Both the position numbers and the translations under genes were made by a program. Below are positions 8,240 to 18,119 of a stretch of DNA of 64,000 bases, piece by piece. Location of the stretch: contig JBAYFY010000002.1 of NCBI GenBank assembly GCA_041666945.1, positions 701 through 64,700 of the forward strand. The letters run 5' to 3'. The notes beneath the pieces were generated by a model. The model was not told the origin of the DNA, searched no databases, and saw only the letters and a list, made by a program, of their open reading frames with translations. This stretch comes from Candidatus Buchananbacteria bacterium. Its GTDB lineage: Bacteria > Patescibacteriota > Patescibacteriia > 2-01-FULL-39-33. Position 1 is the first letter of the stretch. Each line of letters opens with the position of its first letter.

Positions 8240-10981
8240 ATGTCATTTCTTACTAAAATATTCGGCGACCCCAATAAAAAAGTATTAACCGAATTCCAAC
8301 AGGCGATTGACGCCATTAACGCCTTAGAGTCGAAGATCTCGGCTTTATCCGATGAGGATTTGAAGGCCCAGACCGTCAAGCTTAAGGCCGAACTGGCCAA
8401 GGATAAGACCCTGGATGACATTTTGCCCGAGGCCTTTGCCACGATTCGCGAAGCGGCCAAACGTGTCATTGGCCAGAGGCATTTTGATGTCCAGCTGATG
8501 GGCGGTATCGCCCTGCATCAAGGCCATATCGCGGAAATGCGTACGGGTGAAGGCAAAACTTTGACCGCCACCGCGCCTATTTATTTGAACGCTTTGGCCG
8601 GTAAGGGCGTGCATTTGGTTACCGTCAACGATTATTTGGCTCGCATCCACGCCGATTGGATGGGGCAGATTTATGATTTTTTGGGACTTTCGGTCAGTTG
8701 CATCCAACAACAGAACATTTCTTATAAATTTGACAAGCAACACCAACATCAGGAAGGTGATATAGTTTTGGACGTGCAGAATTTGATTCCCTGCACTCGT
8801 CGCGAGGCCTATGCTTGCGATATTCTGTACGGCACCAATAATGAATTCGGCTTTGATTACTTGCGCGACAACATGGTAACGCGAGAAGAGGATATGGTTC
8901 AGCGCGATTTGTTTTATGCCATTGTGGACGAAGTTGACTCTATTTTGATTGATGAAGCCCGAACGCCGCTGATTATTTCCGCGCCGGACATGGAATCCAC
9001 GGACAAATATTATCAGTTCTCGCAAATCGTTAAAAAATTAACGGAAAAAGAGGATTACAATATTGATGAAAAACAGCGCGCCGCGACTTTAACTGAAGCG
9101 GGCATTGCCAAAGTGGAAAAAGCGCTGGGCGTAGAAAATATTTATACCGATCGCGGCATCGCTGATGTCCATCATATTGAGCAGGCCTTGAAAGCGCAGG
9201 CGCTGTTTAAGCGCGATAAGGATTACGTGGTTAAAGACGGAGAAATCATTATTATTGACGAATTCACCGGCCGCATGATGTTCGGCCGCCGCTATAGCGA
9301 AGGCCTGCATCAGGCCATTGAAGCCAAGGAAGGCGTCAAAGTTCAGAAAGAAAGCGTTACGCTGGCCACGATTTCCTTCCAGAATTATTTCCGTTTGTAT
9401 GCCAAGTTGTCCGGTATGACCGGCACAGCCGCCACCGAAGCCGAAGAATTCGCCAAGATTTACAAATTGGAAGTCACCACTATTCCGACTAACCGCCCCA
9501 TGATCAGGAAGGACTTAAATGATCGGATTTACAAAAACGAACAAGGCAAATACAATGCGCTTATTGAAGAAGTCAAAACTAGATACAAAAGCGGCCAACC
9601 GGTTTTAATCGGTACGGTTTCCATTGAGAAGAATGAACTGCTGTCCGAATTGTTTGATCGCGCCGGCATCCCGTGCCAGATTTTAAACGCCAAGCATCAT
9701 GAAAAAGAAGCGCACATCATCGCGCAAGCCGGACGAGTCGGCGCTGTAACTATCGCCACCAACATGGCCGGCCGCGGCGTGGATATTATTTTGGGCGGTT
9801 ATCCGTTTAATCAGGAAGAATATGAAAAGGTGGTTGCCGCCGGTGGCTTGTGCGTAATCGGCACGGAACGCCACGAATCCCGCCGCATTGATAACCAATT
9901 GCGTGGCCGCGCCGGACGCCAAGGCGATCCTGGTTCATCGTTGTTTTTTATTTCCATGGACGATGATTTGATGCGCATCTTCGGTTCGGAACGGATGAAG
10001 AAAATGATGACGACTTTGGGCGTACCGGATGATATGCCGATTGAAAACGGCATGATCAGCAAATCCATTGAACAGGCGCAGAAAAAAGTAGAGACGCATA
10101 ATTTTGACATCCGCAAGCATTTGGTGGAATACGACGATGTCATGAATAAGCAGCGCGAAACCATTTACCGCAAACGCCGGCAGATTTTGGCCGGCGAAGG
10201 AACCAAGGAATCGGCTCTTAGCGCCATTGAAAACGAAATTGACGCGGCCGTGATGCTGGCGACGCAAGATAACGACGAAAGCCAATGGAAACTGGAAGAA
10301 ATTTATGAGGCGGTTGGCTTGATTTTCCGCATTAAGCCGGAAACCCGCAAGACCTTGGAAGAATTAAGAAAAGAAGCGGGGGACAGCCAGGAAGATCAGA
10401 TGTCTCGCGAAATGATTTCCGGCTATCTGAAAAAATTGGCCGTGGAAGAATACAATGAGTTGGAAGCTAAAATTAACATGTTGCCGGTGGCGGAAGGCCA
10501 GTTGCCGGCCATGCGCCAAGTGGAACGCGGCATGTTTTTGCGCGTTATTGACACTTTGTGGATTGAGCACTTGGATACGATGCAATACTTGCGCACCGGC
10601 ATCGGTTTACGCGGCTATGGCCAGCGCGATCCGTTGGTGGAATACAAAAAAGAATCACTGCGCATGTTTAAGGACTTGATAGCGATGATTGATCATCAGC
10701 TGGCTTATAGCATTTATAAAATCGGTTTTGTGGCGCCGGAAGAAATGGACCAGGCAGGAAACAAACCGAAAAACATTCAGCTTAAAGGCGCCAGCGATCA
10801 GTCATCTTTGAAGTCACCCATGGAATCAGATTCCGGATTGGCCGAACGCCAGGCCGATAAAATCCTAAAAGACAGCGCGCATTATAACGGCGAGAAAGTC
10901 GGCCGGAACGACCTTTGTCCTTGCGGCGCAACTTATCCGGACGGCAAACCGAAGAAGTATAAGGATTGCCACGGAAAATAA
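8240..10981 (+). CDS. secA: preprotein translocase ATPase SecA
   Basis: MRTGEGKT, DEVDSILIDEARTPLIIS, RRIDNQLRGRAGRQGDPG, C-terminal SEC-C GRNDLCPCG. Confidence 0.98.
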   Translation: MSFLTKIFGDPNKKVLTEFQQAIDAINALESKISALSDEDLKAQTVKLKAELAKDKTLDDILPEAFATIREAAKRVIGQRHFDVQLMGGIALHQGHIAEMRTGEGKTLTATAPIYLNALAGKGVHLVTVNDYLARIHADWMGQIYDFLGLSVSCIQQQNISYKFDKQHQHQEGDIVLDVQNLIPCTRREAYACDILYGTNNEFGFDYLRDNMVTREEDMVQRDLFYAIVDEVDSILIDEARTPLIISAPDMESTDKYYQFSQIVKKLTEKEDYNIDEKQRAATLTEAGIAKVEKALGVENIYTDRGIADVHHIEQALKAQALFKRDKDYVVKDGEIIIIDEFTGRMMFGRRYSEGLHQAIEAKEGVKVQKESVTLATISFQNYFRLYAKLSGMTGTAATEAEEFAKIYKLEVTTIPTNRPMIRKDLNDRIYKNEQGKYNALIEEVKTRYKSGQPVLIGTVSIEKNELLSELFDRAGIPCQILNAKHHEKEAHIIAQAGRVGAVTIATNMAGRGVDIILGGYPFNQEEYEKVVAAGGLCVIGTERHESRRIDNQLRGRAGRQGDPGSSLFFISMDDDLMRIFGSERMKKMMTTLGVPDDMPIENGMISKSIEQAQKKVETHNFDIRKHLVEYDDVMNKQRETIYRKRRQILAGEGTKESALSAIENEIDAAVMLATQDNDESQWKLEEIYEAVGLIFRIKPETRKTLEELRKEAGDSQEDQMSREMISGYLKKLAVEEYNELEAKINMLPVAEGQLPAMRQVERGMFLRVIDTLWIEHLDTMQYLRTGIGLRGYGQRDPLVEYKKESLRMFKDLIAMIDHQLAYSIYKIGFVAPEEMDQAGNKPKNIQLKGASDQSSLKSPMESDSGLAERQADKILKDSAHYNGEKVGRNDLCPCGATYPDGKPKKYKDCHGK

Positions 10982-10986
10982 GGGAT

Positions 10987-11012
10987 AAAAAAACCACAAC
11001 CATGGGTTGTGG
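10987..11012 (-). terminator. terminator between convergent secA and M23 gene
   Basis: CCACAACC-ATG-GGTTGTGG with A7 on the left. Confidence 0.6.
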
Positions 11013-11014
11013 GG

Positions 11015-11419
11015 TCAGTTAAATTCTGCAGGAATATTATTGCCATTTTTATCGTAAAGGCCGAAATGGAGATGGGGGTATGTTGCGTATCCGGTATTGC
11101 CGCTTAACGCAATAATTTGTCCACGCTTGATTTTCTGTCCGATTCGTACTTTTAAGGATCGCCATTGCAGGTGAGTGTAACAACTCACACATCCGTCCGC
11201 GTGTAGGATTTCGATATAGTTTGCCTTATCTGTGTACTTCTTGTGTCGGTATGATTTTGAAAATCTGCTTTCTCTGTGAAGCACAACGCCATTAGCGATC
11301 GCCATCACCGGGGTCCCGATAGGAACTGCAAAATCTATGCAATGTTTCATGCTGGTGTGTGTTTGATGGAAAGGAGCTGAACGAATATCAACCGTATTAA
11401 CCGGCAGAGAATACCTCAT
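11015..11419 (-). CDS. M23 family metallopeptidase, stand-alone catalytic domain (SD-led cassette)
   Basis: IDFAVPIGTPVMAIANG, YTHL, SGNTGYATYPHLHF; SD TAAGGAG; promoter TTGACT-17-TATCTT at 11475-11503. Confidence 0.85.
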   Translation of the reverse strand: MRYSLPVNTVDIRSAPFHQTHTSMKHCIDFAVPIGTPVMAIANGVVLHRESRFSKSYRHKKYTDKANYIEILHADGCVSCYTHLQWRSLKVRIGQKIKRGQIIALSGNTGYATYPHLHFGLYDKNGNNIPAEFN

Positions 11420-11621
11420 TATTATTTCTCCTTAGGGTTAGTTTTTGTCTTAAATTCTATTTAGTTCTATCTTAAAGATAGTTGATTATTACGATTTAGT
11501 CAATAGTTTAAGGGGCGAATTCAATATTATTCAATCGCGGTTATTGACATTGTTTAAGAATTTATTTAAGATGTCAGAATCAATAGAACTTTGGAAAAAC
11601 AATCACAAAAGGAGATACGCC

Positions 11622-12089
11622 ATGATACTTGGGGATTTGAATAGCTTTCTTAATTTTAGGCCGATGTTTAACGTCGTGGGTTGTTATTTGGTGCGGCAAG
11701 GCCACATTTTGATGTTGAAAAGGCACCCCGATAAACCTCAAGGCGGATTGTGGTGCGTACCCGGCGGCAAAATAAAACATGCGGAAAGCATTTGGGAAGC
11801 GGCAACTCGCGAATTTAAAGAAGAAACCGGTTGTGATTTGCCGCAAGACCTGAACTGTCGGACTTTCTGCCCCTTACCCGAGGCCGTTCGTTATCCGGAT
11901 TATGATTTTCTTTATTTCATGTTTAAGGTGGAATTGCCCTCAAATTACGATTTGAGTCAAATCATCCTTAACCCGGCGGAGCATATTGAATATAGCTGGG
12001 TACCGCTTTTAGATGTTATGGGGCAACGGCAAGTTTTGCCGTTAGTGCCGGATGAAGAAGAGTGTTTGCGTCGGTTGTTTAAATGGTAA
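11622..12089 (+). CDS. NUDIX hydrolase (SD-led cassette)
   Basis: Nudix box PGGKIKHAESIWEAATREFKEETG; SD AAGGAG before ATG 11622; promoter TTGACA-17-TAAGAT at 11544-11572. Confidence 0.88.
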   Translation: MILGDLNSFLNFRPMFNVVGCYLVRQGHILMLKRHPDKPQGGLWCVPGGKIKHAESIWEAATREFKEETGCDLPQDLNCRTFCPLPEAVRYPDYDFLYFMFKVELPSNYDLSQIILNPAEHIEYSWVPLLDVMGQRQVLPLVPDEEECLRRLFKW

Positions 12090-12107
12090 CTCGGTTTTGA
12101 CATTTCT

Positions 12108-12130
12108 AGTCGCGATTTTCGCGACTTTTA
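12108..12130 (+). terminator. intrinsic terminator after NUDIX gene
   Basis: AGTCGCGA-TTT-TCGCGACT followed by a T-rich tail. Confidence 0.65.
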
Positions 12131-12183
12131 TTTTTGGCTGAAAAATGGTAATATTTGGTTATTAATTAGTAATTGACTAACAT

Positions 12184-13044
12184 ATGCCCGAATTGCCGGA
12201 AGTGCAAACCATCGTCGGCGAACTGAATGAAAAAATCAAATCCAAAACGATTAAAAACGTCCGAGTGTTTAAATACAAATCAGTCCGGCCGATGAACAAA
12301 AAGTTTGTTCAATCAGTCAAAAGACGGAAAATTTTAGGCGTGGTTCGCCGCGCCAAAATGATTATTATCAATCTTAGCGGCGGCAAGCATCTCTTAATCC
12401 ATCTTAAGATGACCGGGCAATTGGTGTTTCGCGATCGCCGCGGCAAAGGTTTGTCCGGCGGTCATCCCATCGCTTTCAAAGGCGAATTGCCGACCAAGTT
12501 TACCCGGGTGATGTTTGAGTTTACCGATAAAAGCCACTTGTTTTTTAATGATATCAGGCGTTTCGGCTGGATTAAATTCGCTGACAAAAAATTATACGAA
12601 AGCGAAATCGCCAAGTACGGCTTGGAACCGTTAAGCAAAGAGTTCACTTTGGCGGAATTCAAGAACAAACTCCGACGCTATCCCAATCGTAAAATTAAAC
12701 AATTACTGATGGATCAGACGCTGATTGCCGGCGTAGGCAATATTTATGCCGATGAAGCGTGTTTTGCGGCTCGGCTATTGCCGGCTCGGCCGGCCCTGAA
12801 GCTGAAGGAAAAAGAAATCAAGGATTTATTTAAAGCCATACCGCGCATTCTTAAATTGTCTATCAGCAAAAAAGGCACTTCCGCCGATACTTACGTGACG
12901 ACTTCCGGCGCAGAGGGCGGCATGATGAAGTTTTTGAAAGTTTACGGGCGGGCGGGGGAGAAATGCAAACGTTGCGGCGGAGTAGTGCATAAAATAAAAT
13001 TGGGCGGTCGCGGCACGCATTTCTGTCCCGGTTGCCAAAAATAA
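12184..13044 (+). CDS. mutM: formamidopyrimidine-DNA glycosylase
   Basis: N-terminal PELPEV, HLKMTG, AGVGNIYADE, C-terminal zinc finger CKRC...FCPGCQ. Confidence 0.96.
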   Translation: MPELPEVQTIVGELNEKIKSKTIKNVRVFKYKSVRPMNKKFVQSVKRRKILGVVRRAKMIIINLSGGKHLLIHLKMTGQLVFRDRRGKGLSGGHPIAFKGELPTKFTRVMFEFTDKSHLFFNDIRRFGWIKFADKKLYESEIAKYGLEPLSKEFTLAEFKNKLRRYPNRKIKQLLMDQTLIAGVGNIYADEACFAARLLPARPALKLKEKEIKDLFKAIPRILKLSISKKGTSADTYVTTSGAEGGMMKFLKVYGRAGEKCKRCGGVVHKIKLGGRGTHFCPGCQK

Positions 13045-13067
13045 AACACATCCCGCAAGGATGTGTT
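13045..13067. terminator. bidirectional terminator
   Basis: AACACATCC-CGCAA-GGATGTGTT between convergent genes. Confidence 0.65.
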
Positions 13068-13106
13068 AAGGTGCGATAGGATTTATTACTAATGGGTCCT
13101 TTTATT

Positions 13107-13391
13107 TTAGGCGAATCTCCTTATGCCTTGTTTTTCATCTTCTTTCTTTCCACGCAATATTCTTTTCCAGTTTTTTCTGATTTTTTTGGCGCAGGATTTG
13201 CAAACGGCGAAGTGCTCGTCTTCTTTGGTGATGGACTTTTTGCAAAGGCGGCAAAAACAATATAGATGCACCGCCAGTCCGGCTTTATTTTTTTTGCTTA
13301 TCAGTTCGCAACAAGTATGGCAAAGACCCAATTCATGATCCATGATTACTTTAGTCATGCTGCAGAAACTGCATTCTCTTACCAAGGCCAT
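13107..13391 (-). CDS. small Cys-rich (4x CxxC) putative zinc-binding orphan (SD-led cassette)
   Basis: CSFC, CHTC, CRLC, CKSC; SD AAAGGAGG; promoter TTGACA-17-TAATAT at 13450-13478. Confidence 0.7.
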   Translation of the reverse strand: MALVRECSFCSMTKVIMDHELGLCHTCCELISKKNKAGLAVHLYCFCRLCKKSITKEDEHFAVCKSCAKKIRKNWKRILRGKKEDEKQGIRRFA

Positions 13392-13493
13392 GATTTGTCC
13401 TCCTTTACGTAGGTTTTAAATTTTAATGTCCCGATGATTTGCCTGTCTTATATTAGTATGGTATTTTAATAATGTCAAGCAGGCCCGGCAGAA

Positions 13494-13925
13494 TTAAACT
13501 GCGGCCAGAAGCGCGTAAAGAATCAACGCCAAGACGACGCCGAAAATTATGCCGACCGCTGCTTCCGGCAAAGTGTGGCCGATGCGTTCGCGTACCAAAA
13601 CCTCGGGGTTTTCCGGAAAAATTTCTTTGGTCAAGGTGTTGGTTAGAACGGCGTTCTTGCCGATTTCCCGCCTAAAACCTACGGCATCGCGCAAGACCAC
13701 GATCACCAAAACAAAAGATACGGCGAAAGCGGCGGAAGCCACGCCTTCACGAAGCGCGATTACCGTGGCCAGGGCGGCAACGAAGGCCATATGGGAAGAC
13801 GGCATACCGCCGTAATCGGAAAACATGTGGCGCCAATTGAGATTGTGATTGATGCCGTCAATGCTTAACTTGACGACTTGAGCGATGAGCACGGCCAGAA
13901 TGGGAATAATAATTAGCAAATACAT
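13494..13925 (-). CDS. divergent PAP2 family protein (DUF212)
   Basis: GGMPSSH, RDAVGFRR, ERIGHT motifs with TM helices. Confidence 0.88.
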   Translation of the reverse strand: MYLLIIIPILAVLIAQVVKLSIDGINHNLNWRHMFSDYGGMPSSHMAFVAALATVIALREGVASAAFAVSFVLVIVVLRDAVGFRREIGKNAVLTNTLTKEIFPENPEVLVRERIGHTLPEAAVGIIFGVVLALILYALLAAV

Positions 13926-13948
13926 AAAATTATAATTAATTGTTTATT

Positions 13949-14767
13949 ATGAACTATATTTTGGCGATTATCGCCGGCTTAATCCAAGGCGTGGCAGAAT
14001 TCCTGCCCATTTCCAGTTCCGGCCATCTGGTTCTTCTGCATGACATCCTTAAATTCAATTTGCCGGACAATCTGACTTTTGACATTGTGCTTCACTTGGG
14101 GACATTTCTGTCGCTTTTGGTATTTTTTTGGCGCGATATCATCCACTTAGTTAAAGGATTTTTCTCCAGCTTGGTTAAAAGAAATCTTAGCGGCGATGCC
14201 GATCAGCGTTTGGCTTGGCTGATTATCATCGGCACGATTCCCGCCGCTTTGGCCGGTTATTTTTTCAATGATTTTATTGAACAAGCGTTCCATGAGGGCA
14301 AATTAGCCACTTTAGTCGTGGCCGTCATGCTGATTATCGTCGCTGTTTTATTCTGGCTGCTGGAAAAATACGCCCAACGCCTGCGGACAGCCGATTCGCT
14401 CAAATGGTGGGAGGCGCTGATTATCGGCGCGGCTCAAGCTATAGCGCTGATTCCCGGCACTTCCCGGTCCGGCATTACCATTTGCGCCGGCTTAATGCTC
14501 AAGCTGACGCGGGAACAAGCGGCCAAATTTTCTTTTTTGTTGTCCATGCCGGTAATTTTGGGCGCCGGAATCAAGTCATTGGGACAGATTGAATCCGTAA
14601 CCGCCGCGGACTGGCCGTTGTTGGTTATCGGTTTTATTACCGCCGCCCTTAGCGGTTATTTCGCCATTAAATTTTTATTAAAGTACTTGATAAATCATTC
14701 GCTTAGCGTTTTCGCCTGGTACCGGGTGGTTTTGGCTTGCTTGATTTTGCTTTGGCTGGCTTTTTAG
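13949..14767 (+). CDS. uppP: undecaprenyl-diphosphatase
   Basis: QGVAEFLPISSSGHL, ALIPGTSRSGIT; multi-TM. Confidence 0.95.
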   Translation: MNYILAIIAGLIQGVAEFLPISSSGHLVLLHDILKFNLPDNLTFDIVLHLGTFLSLLVFFWRDIIHLVKGFFSSLVKRNLSGDADQRLAWLIIIGTIPAALAGYFFNDFIEQAFHEGKLATLVVAVMLIIVAVLFWLLEKYAQRLRTADSLKWWEALIIGAAQAIALIPGTSRSGITICAGLMLKLTREQAAKFSFLLSMPVILGAGIKSLGQIESVTAADWPLLVIGFITAALSGYFAIKFLLKYLINHSLSVFAWYRVVLACLILLWLAF

Positions 14768-15587
14768 CTTTAACCGCTTCGGTTTTAGTTTTTATCTTAA
14801 CTTTAATTTTGGTTTTATTTTTTATTGTTTTTATCTTCGGCGAGCGGGACTCGGTTGAAGATTTTTTGATAAATTTTTTGCTGCTCGGCTTAGCCGGCGC
14901 CGATCCTTGCAGAAAAACCAAAAGCACCAAGAGAGTAACAATAATAATCAGCCAGCCCAGCCATAAGCGGCATAAGCGCGCCGCCGCCAATATCCGTTCG
15001 CCGGACCAGGCGCGAGATGCGGGAAAATAATCGTCCACGCCGTAAGCCGCGGCCGCAGCCAGTTCAGTGGCGCCCAGCACGCGCGAGCCGAACAGTTGGA
15101 CGACAACCGCGGTAGGTCGGTTGTTGAATTCGCCTTGCAAACTGGCGACGCCGATCTCCTGGTATTCCGGGCGTTCCAAATTCTGGCGGTGGCCGTCGCT
15201 TTTCAGCCAGGCCTCAAACACTTCCTGGCTGTTATTGAAATCAATCGCCAGGTTTTCGCCGACATAGAAATATTTGTAGCCGACGTCTTTGACCCAATCG
15301 GAAAATTTTCTGCCGTCCGGCGAGACATGATTGAAATATTGCTTGGCCAGAATATCTCTGGCACGATCAATCGCCGCTTGAGTCAGGCGGGGATTGACGC
15401 TTAAGCTGTTGAGTCCCAGGCCTTGGCGATAAGTGTTGGTTAACTGGACGATTTCTTCGGTGGCCGCCGGGTTTTCTTCCGCTTGAACGGCTTGGCCCAG
15501 CCGCAAGATTGCGTCCGCGGCCAAATAACCGACGCCGATGATAATCGCCGCGCCCAATAGAATTAATTGTTTTTTGTTCGCCTTCAT
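14703..15587 (-). CDS. CAP (SCP) domain membrane-anchored protein
   Basis: N-terminal TM, TNTYR...YFNHVSPDG...GENLA...WLKSDGHRQN; C-terminal TM and Lys-rich tail overlapping the uppP end. Confidence 0.85.
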   Translation of the reverse strand: MKANKKQLILLGAAIIIGVGYLAADAILRLGQAVQAEENPAATEEIVQLTNTYRQGLGLNSLSVNPRLTQAAIDRARDILAKQYFNHVSPDGRKFSDWVKDVGYKYFYVGENLAIDFNNSQEVFEAWLKSDGHRQNLERPEYQEIGVASLQGEFNNRPTAVVVQLFGSRVLGATELAAAAAYGVDDYFPASRAWSGERILAAARLCRLWLGWLIIIVTLLVLLVFLQGSAPAKPSSKKFIKKSSTESRSPKIKTIKNKTKIKVKIKTKTEAVKAKKPAKAKSSKPKPPGTRRKR

Positions 15588-15686
15588 TAAAATAATTATA
15601 CCATAATTTGCGGCCCAAGACGAAAACCATGGACTAAATCCCTGGTTTTTGCTACAATATCAAATATTATTAATCCGTTGTTTATT

Positions 15687-16685
15687 ATGTTTAAAAAAGT
15701 GATTTTGGTTTTTTTGATCGTTATAATTTTAATCGCTTCGTGGCTTTTTTATTCCCTTAACCGCCGGAATAATTTCACTCAAACCGTAACCGTCAATATT
15801 GAATCGGGGACCGTCGCCGGTAAAATTTCCCAGGCGCTCAAGAGCCGAGGGCTTATAACCAACGCTTTTATTTTTAACGCGTACGCCAAATTGACCGGAG
15901 CGGACAGCCGCTTGGTGGCCGGAACGCATCAAATTGAACCGCGCTCTTCCATCAAATCAATCGTTCGCCAATTAACCATTAACACTAATTTGGATCGGGA
16001 ACTTAGCATTACCATTATTGAGGGCTGGAAGATAAAAGATATTTCTGCTTACTTAGCGGAGAGGGGGATTGCAAACGAGCAATCGTTTGCCGACGCCATC
16101 AAGATTGACAATTGGCGCGACAAGTATCCTTTCCTGCAAGACAAGCGTATCAAGTCGCTGGAAGGGTTTTTGTTCCCCGATACTTATCGGATTTTTAATG
16201 ACGCTAAAGCCGAAGATGTTGTTAAAAAAATGCTGAACAATTTTGGCGCTAAGGTGACGGCGCAAATGCGTTTTGACGCGCCCAAGGACAACGCCAGTTT
16301 TTATGACGCCCTGATCTTGGCTTCCATCGTGGAACGCGAGGCGCTGTATGATGATGACCGCCGAGTCATCGCCGCAATTTTTCTCAACCGCCTGAAACAG
16401 GGGATCGGCTTGCAATCCGACGCCACTATCAATTATATCACCGGCAAAAAATCCACCCGGCCGACTTACGCCGATTTGCAAGCCGATAGCCCCTACAATA
16501 CTTACAAGTATCGCGGTTTGCCGCCTGGCCCGATTTGCAATCCCGGTTTGGCTTCCATTAATGCCGTGATTTATCCCCAGCCCAATAATTATTTTTATTT
16601 CCTGACGGATAGCGAGGGTCGCGCCCATTTTGCCAAAACTTACGCCGAACATCAGCAAAATATCATTAAGTATCTGGAGAATTAA
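15687..16685 (+). CDS. mltG: endolytic transglycosylase MltG
   Basis: TIIEGW, LEGFLFPDTY, LASIVERE, LQSDAT, SPYNTYKYRGLPPGPICNPG. Confidence 0.94.
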   Translation: MFKKVILVFLIVIILIASWLFYSLNRRNNFTQTVTVNIESGTVAGKISQALKSRGLITNAFIFNAYAKLTGADSRLVAGTHQIEPRSSIKSIVRQLTINTNLDRELSITIIEGWKIKDISAYLAERGIANEQSFADAIKIDNWRDKYPFLQDKRIKSLEGFLFPDTYRIFNDAKAEDVVKKMLNNFGAKVTAQMRFDAPKDNASFYDALILASIVEREALYDDDRRVIAAIFLNRLKQGIGLQSDATINYITGKKSTRPTYADLQADSPYNTYKYRGLPPGPICNPGLASINAVIYPQPNNYFYFLTDSEGRAHFAKTYAEHQQNIIKYLEN

Positions 16686-16713
16686 GTCAGAATTAGCTAA
16701 AACCGCCAAAAAG

Positions 16714-16747
16714 CAGATCTTGAGGTTAATCCTTGGGGTCTGTTTTT
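16714..16747 (+). terminator. terminator after mltG
   Basis: GCAGATCTTGAGG...CCTTGGGGTCTGT (with G-U pairs) followed by a T run. Confidence 0.5.
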
Positions 16748-16752
16748 ATCTA

Positions 16753-16781
16753 TTGACAATTACCAGATTTTTTGATATAAT
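16753..16781 (+). promoter_or_regulatory. consensus sigma70 promoter of sigma-like gene (second TTGACA near 16883)
   Basis: TTGACA-17-TATAAT with TG extension. Confidence 0.75.
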
Positions 16782-16928
16782 TAAGGCATAAGAATCTATT
16801 ATAGTCAAATTTTAGCTAATTTTAGGTAAAAATAAACGATAAAATTTTGCTAAAATAAAGTAATTAATTAAAATTACCTCTATTGACAATAATCGGTGAT
16901 TAGTTTAACATTCAATATTAATTATCAT

Positions 16929-18119
16929 ATGTCCATCTTGGATCAAGTCAGAAAAAACAAATTTAAAGACGGTTTGTCCGCCTTTAATCCGGTCGATGTC
17001 ATTAACACCTTATTCAATAACCTGTCCGAAAAGGAACGGGACGTTGTTAGAAAGCGTTTTGGCTTAGGTATTGATAAAAAGCATACCCTGGAGGAAATCG
17101 GCCAGGTTTATGGCATTACCCGCGAGCGCGTCAGACAGATTGAAAACCTGTCCATCAAGAAGCTCAAGGATTTGCGCGATCTCAAAGATGAGATTCGCGA
17201 AGCCGAAGGCGTGGTTTCACAGCTTTTGGAGCAATACGGCGGCGTTATGGAAGAGGCCTTCTTCTTGGAAAACGTCCTCAACTATTTGAACGCCCATCCG
17301 GAAAGCGAGAATTCCTTGCTGTTTTTGGCCGAACATATTTTCTCTGACCGCATCAATAAAGTCAACCAAGACAAAGAATTTAATCACTTATGGCGCCTGG
17401 GTTCCGCCGATACCGACTTTTTAAAGCGCGTTATCAGCGAACTGGTCGGCATTATTGAAAAGAACGGCGAACCGGTCAGTTTGACTGAACTCTTAAGCCG
17501 CTTCAAAAATTCCAGCTTCTATAATGAAAACAAAGATCGGATTTTGTCTTTAACCACCATGTTAGAGGCCACCGATGAAGATATTGATAAGATTTTGGAA
17601 AGCTATTTGCGCGCTTCCCGAAAAATCCAACAGGACATCTTTGATAATTGGGGTTTGATTTCTTGGGGCATTGTTAAACCCAAAAAAATCAACGATAAGA
17701 TTTATTTGACTTTAAAGAAGGCCGGCCGCCCCATGCATTTTACCGAGATTGCTTCCGAAATCAACAAGAATGCTTTTGACGGCAAAATCGCTTATGCTCC
17801 GACCGTCCATAACGAATTAATCCTGGATCCGAAATACATTTTAGTCGGCCGCGGCATTTATGCCCTGTCCGAATGGGGCTATCGCCCGGGCAATGTGGCC
17901 GATGTCATTATTGACATCCTGAAAGAAGAAGGCCTTTTGACCAAGGATCAGATTATTGACAAGGTTTTGGAACGCCGCAATGTCAAGCGCTCCACCGTCT
18001 ATCTGGCTTTAATGAACCACGATAAGATCAAACGCAACGACAAAGGCAAATATTCCCTGGTTGACGAAAGCGTCGCCGCAGTCCAATCTGAAGAGATTCT
18101 GGAAAAGGCGGCTGAATAA
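16929..18119 (+). CDS. sigma70 region-4 HTH plus HARE-HTH protein (RNA polymerase-associated, CPR-typical)
   Basis: N-terminal TLEEIGQVYGITRERVRQIE; C-terminal GRPMHFTEIA...TVHNELILDPKYILVGRGIYALSEWG. Confidence 0.8.
   Translation: MSILDQVRKNKFKDGLSAFNPVDVINTLFNNLSEKERDVVRKRFGLGIDKKHTLEEIGQVYGITRERVRQIENLSIKKLKDLRDLKDEIREAEGVVSQLLEQYGGVMEEAFFLENVLNYLNAHPESENSLLFLAEHIFSDRINKVNQDKEFNHLWRLGSADTDFLKRVISELVGIIEKNGEPVSLTELLSRFKNSSFYNENKDRILSLTTMLEATDEDIDKILESYLRASRKIQQDIFDNWGLISWGIVKPKKINDKIYLTLKKAGRPMHFTEIASEINKNAFDGKIAYAPTVHNELILDPKYILVGRGIYALSEWGYRPGNVADVIIDILKEEGLLTKDQIIDKVLERRNVKRSTVYLALMNHDKIKRNDKGKYSLVDESVAAVQSEEILEKAAE

Noticed and set aside
8345-10679. Long alternative-frame ORFs inside secA (similar ones inside dnaG, rpoD, MVP and rdgB)
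   Set aside because: Shadow ORFs caused by codon bias of the real gene; no motifs or start signals.
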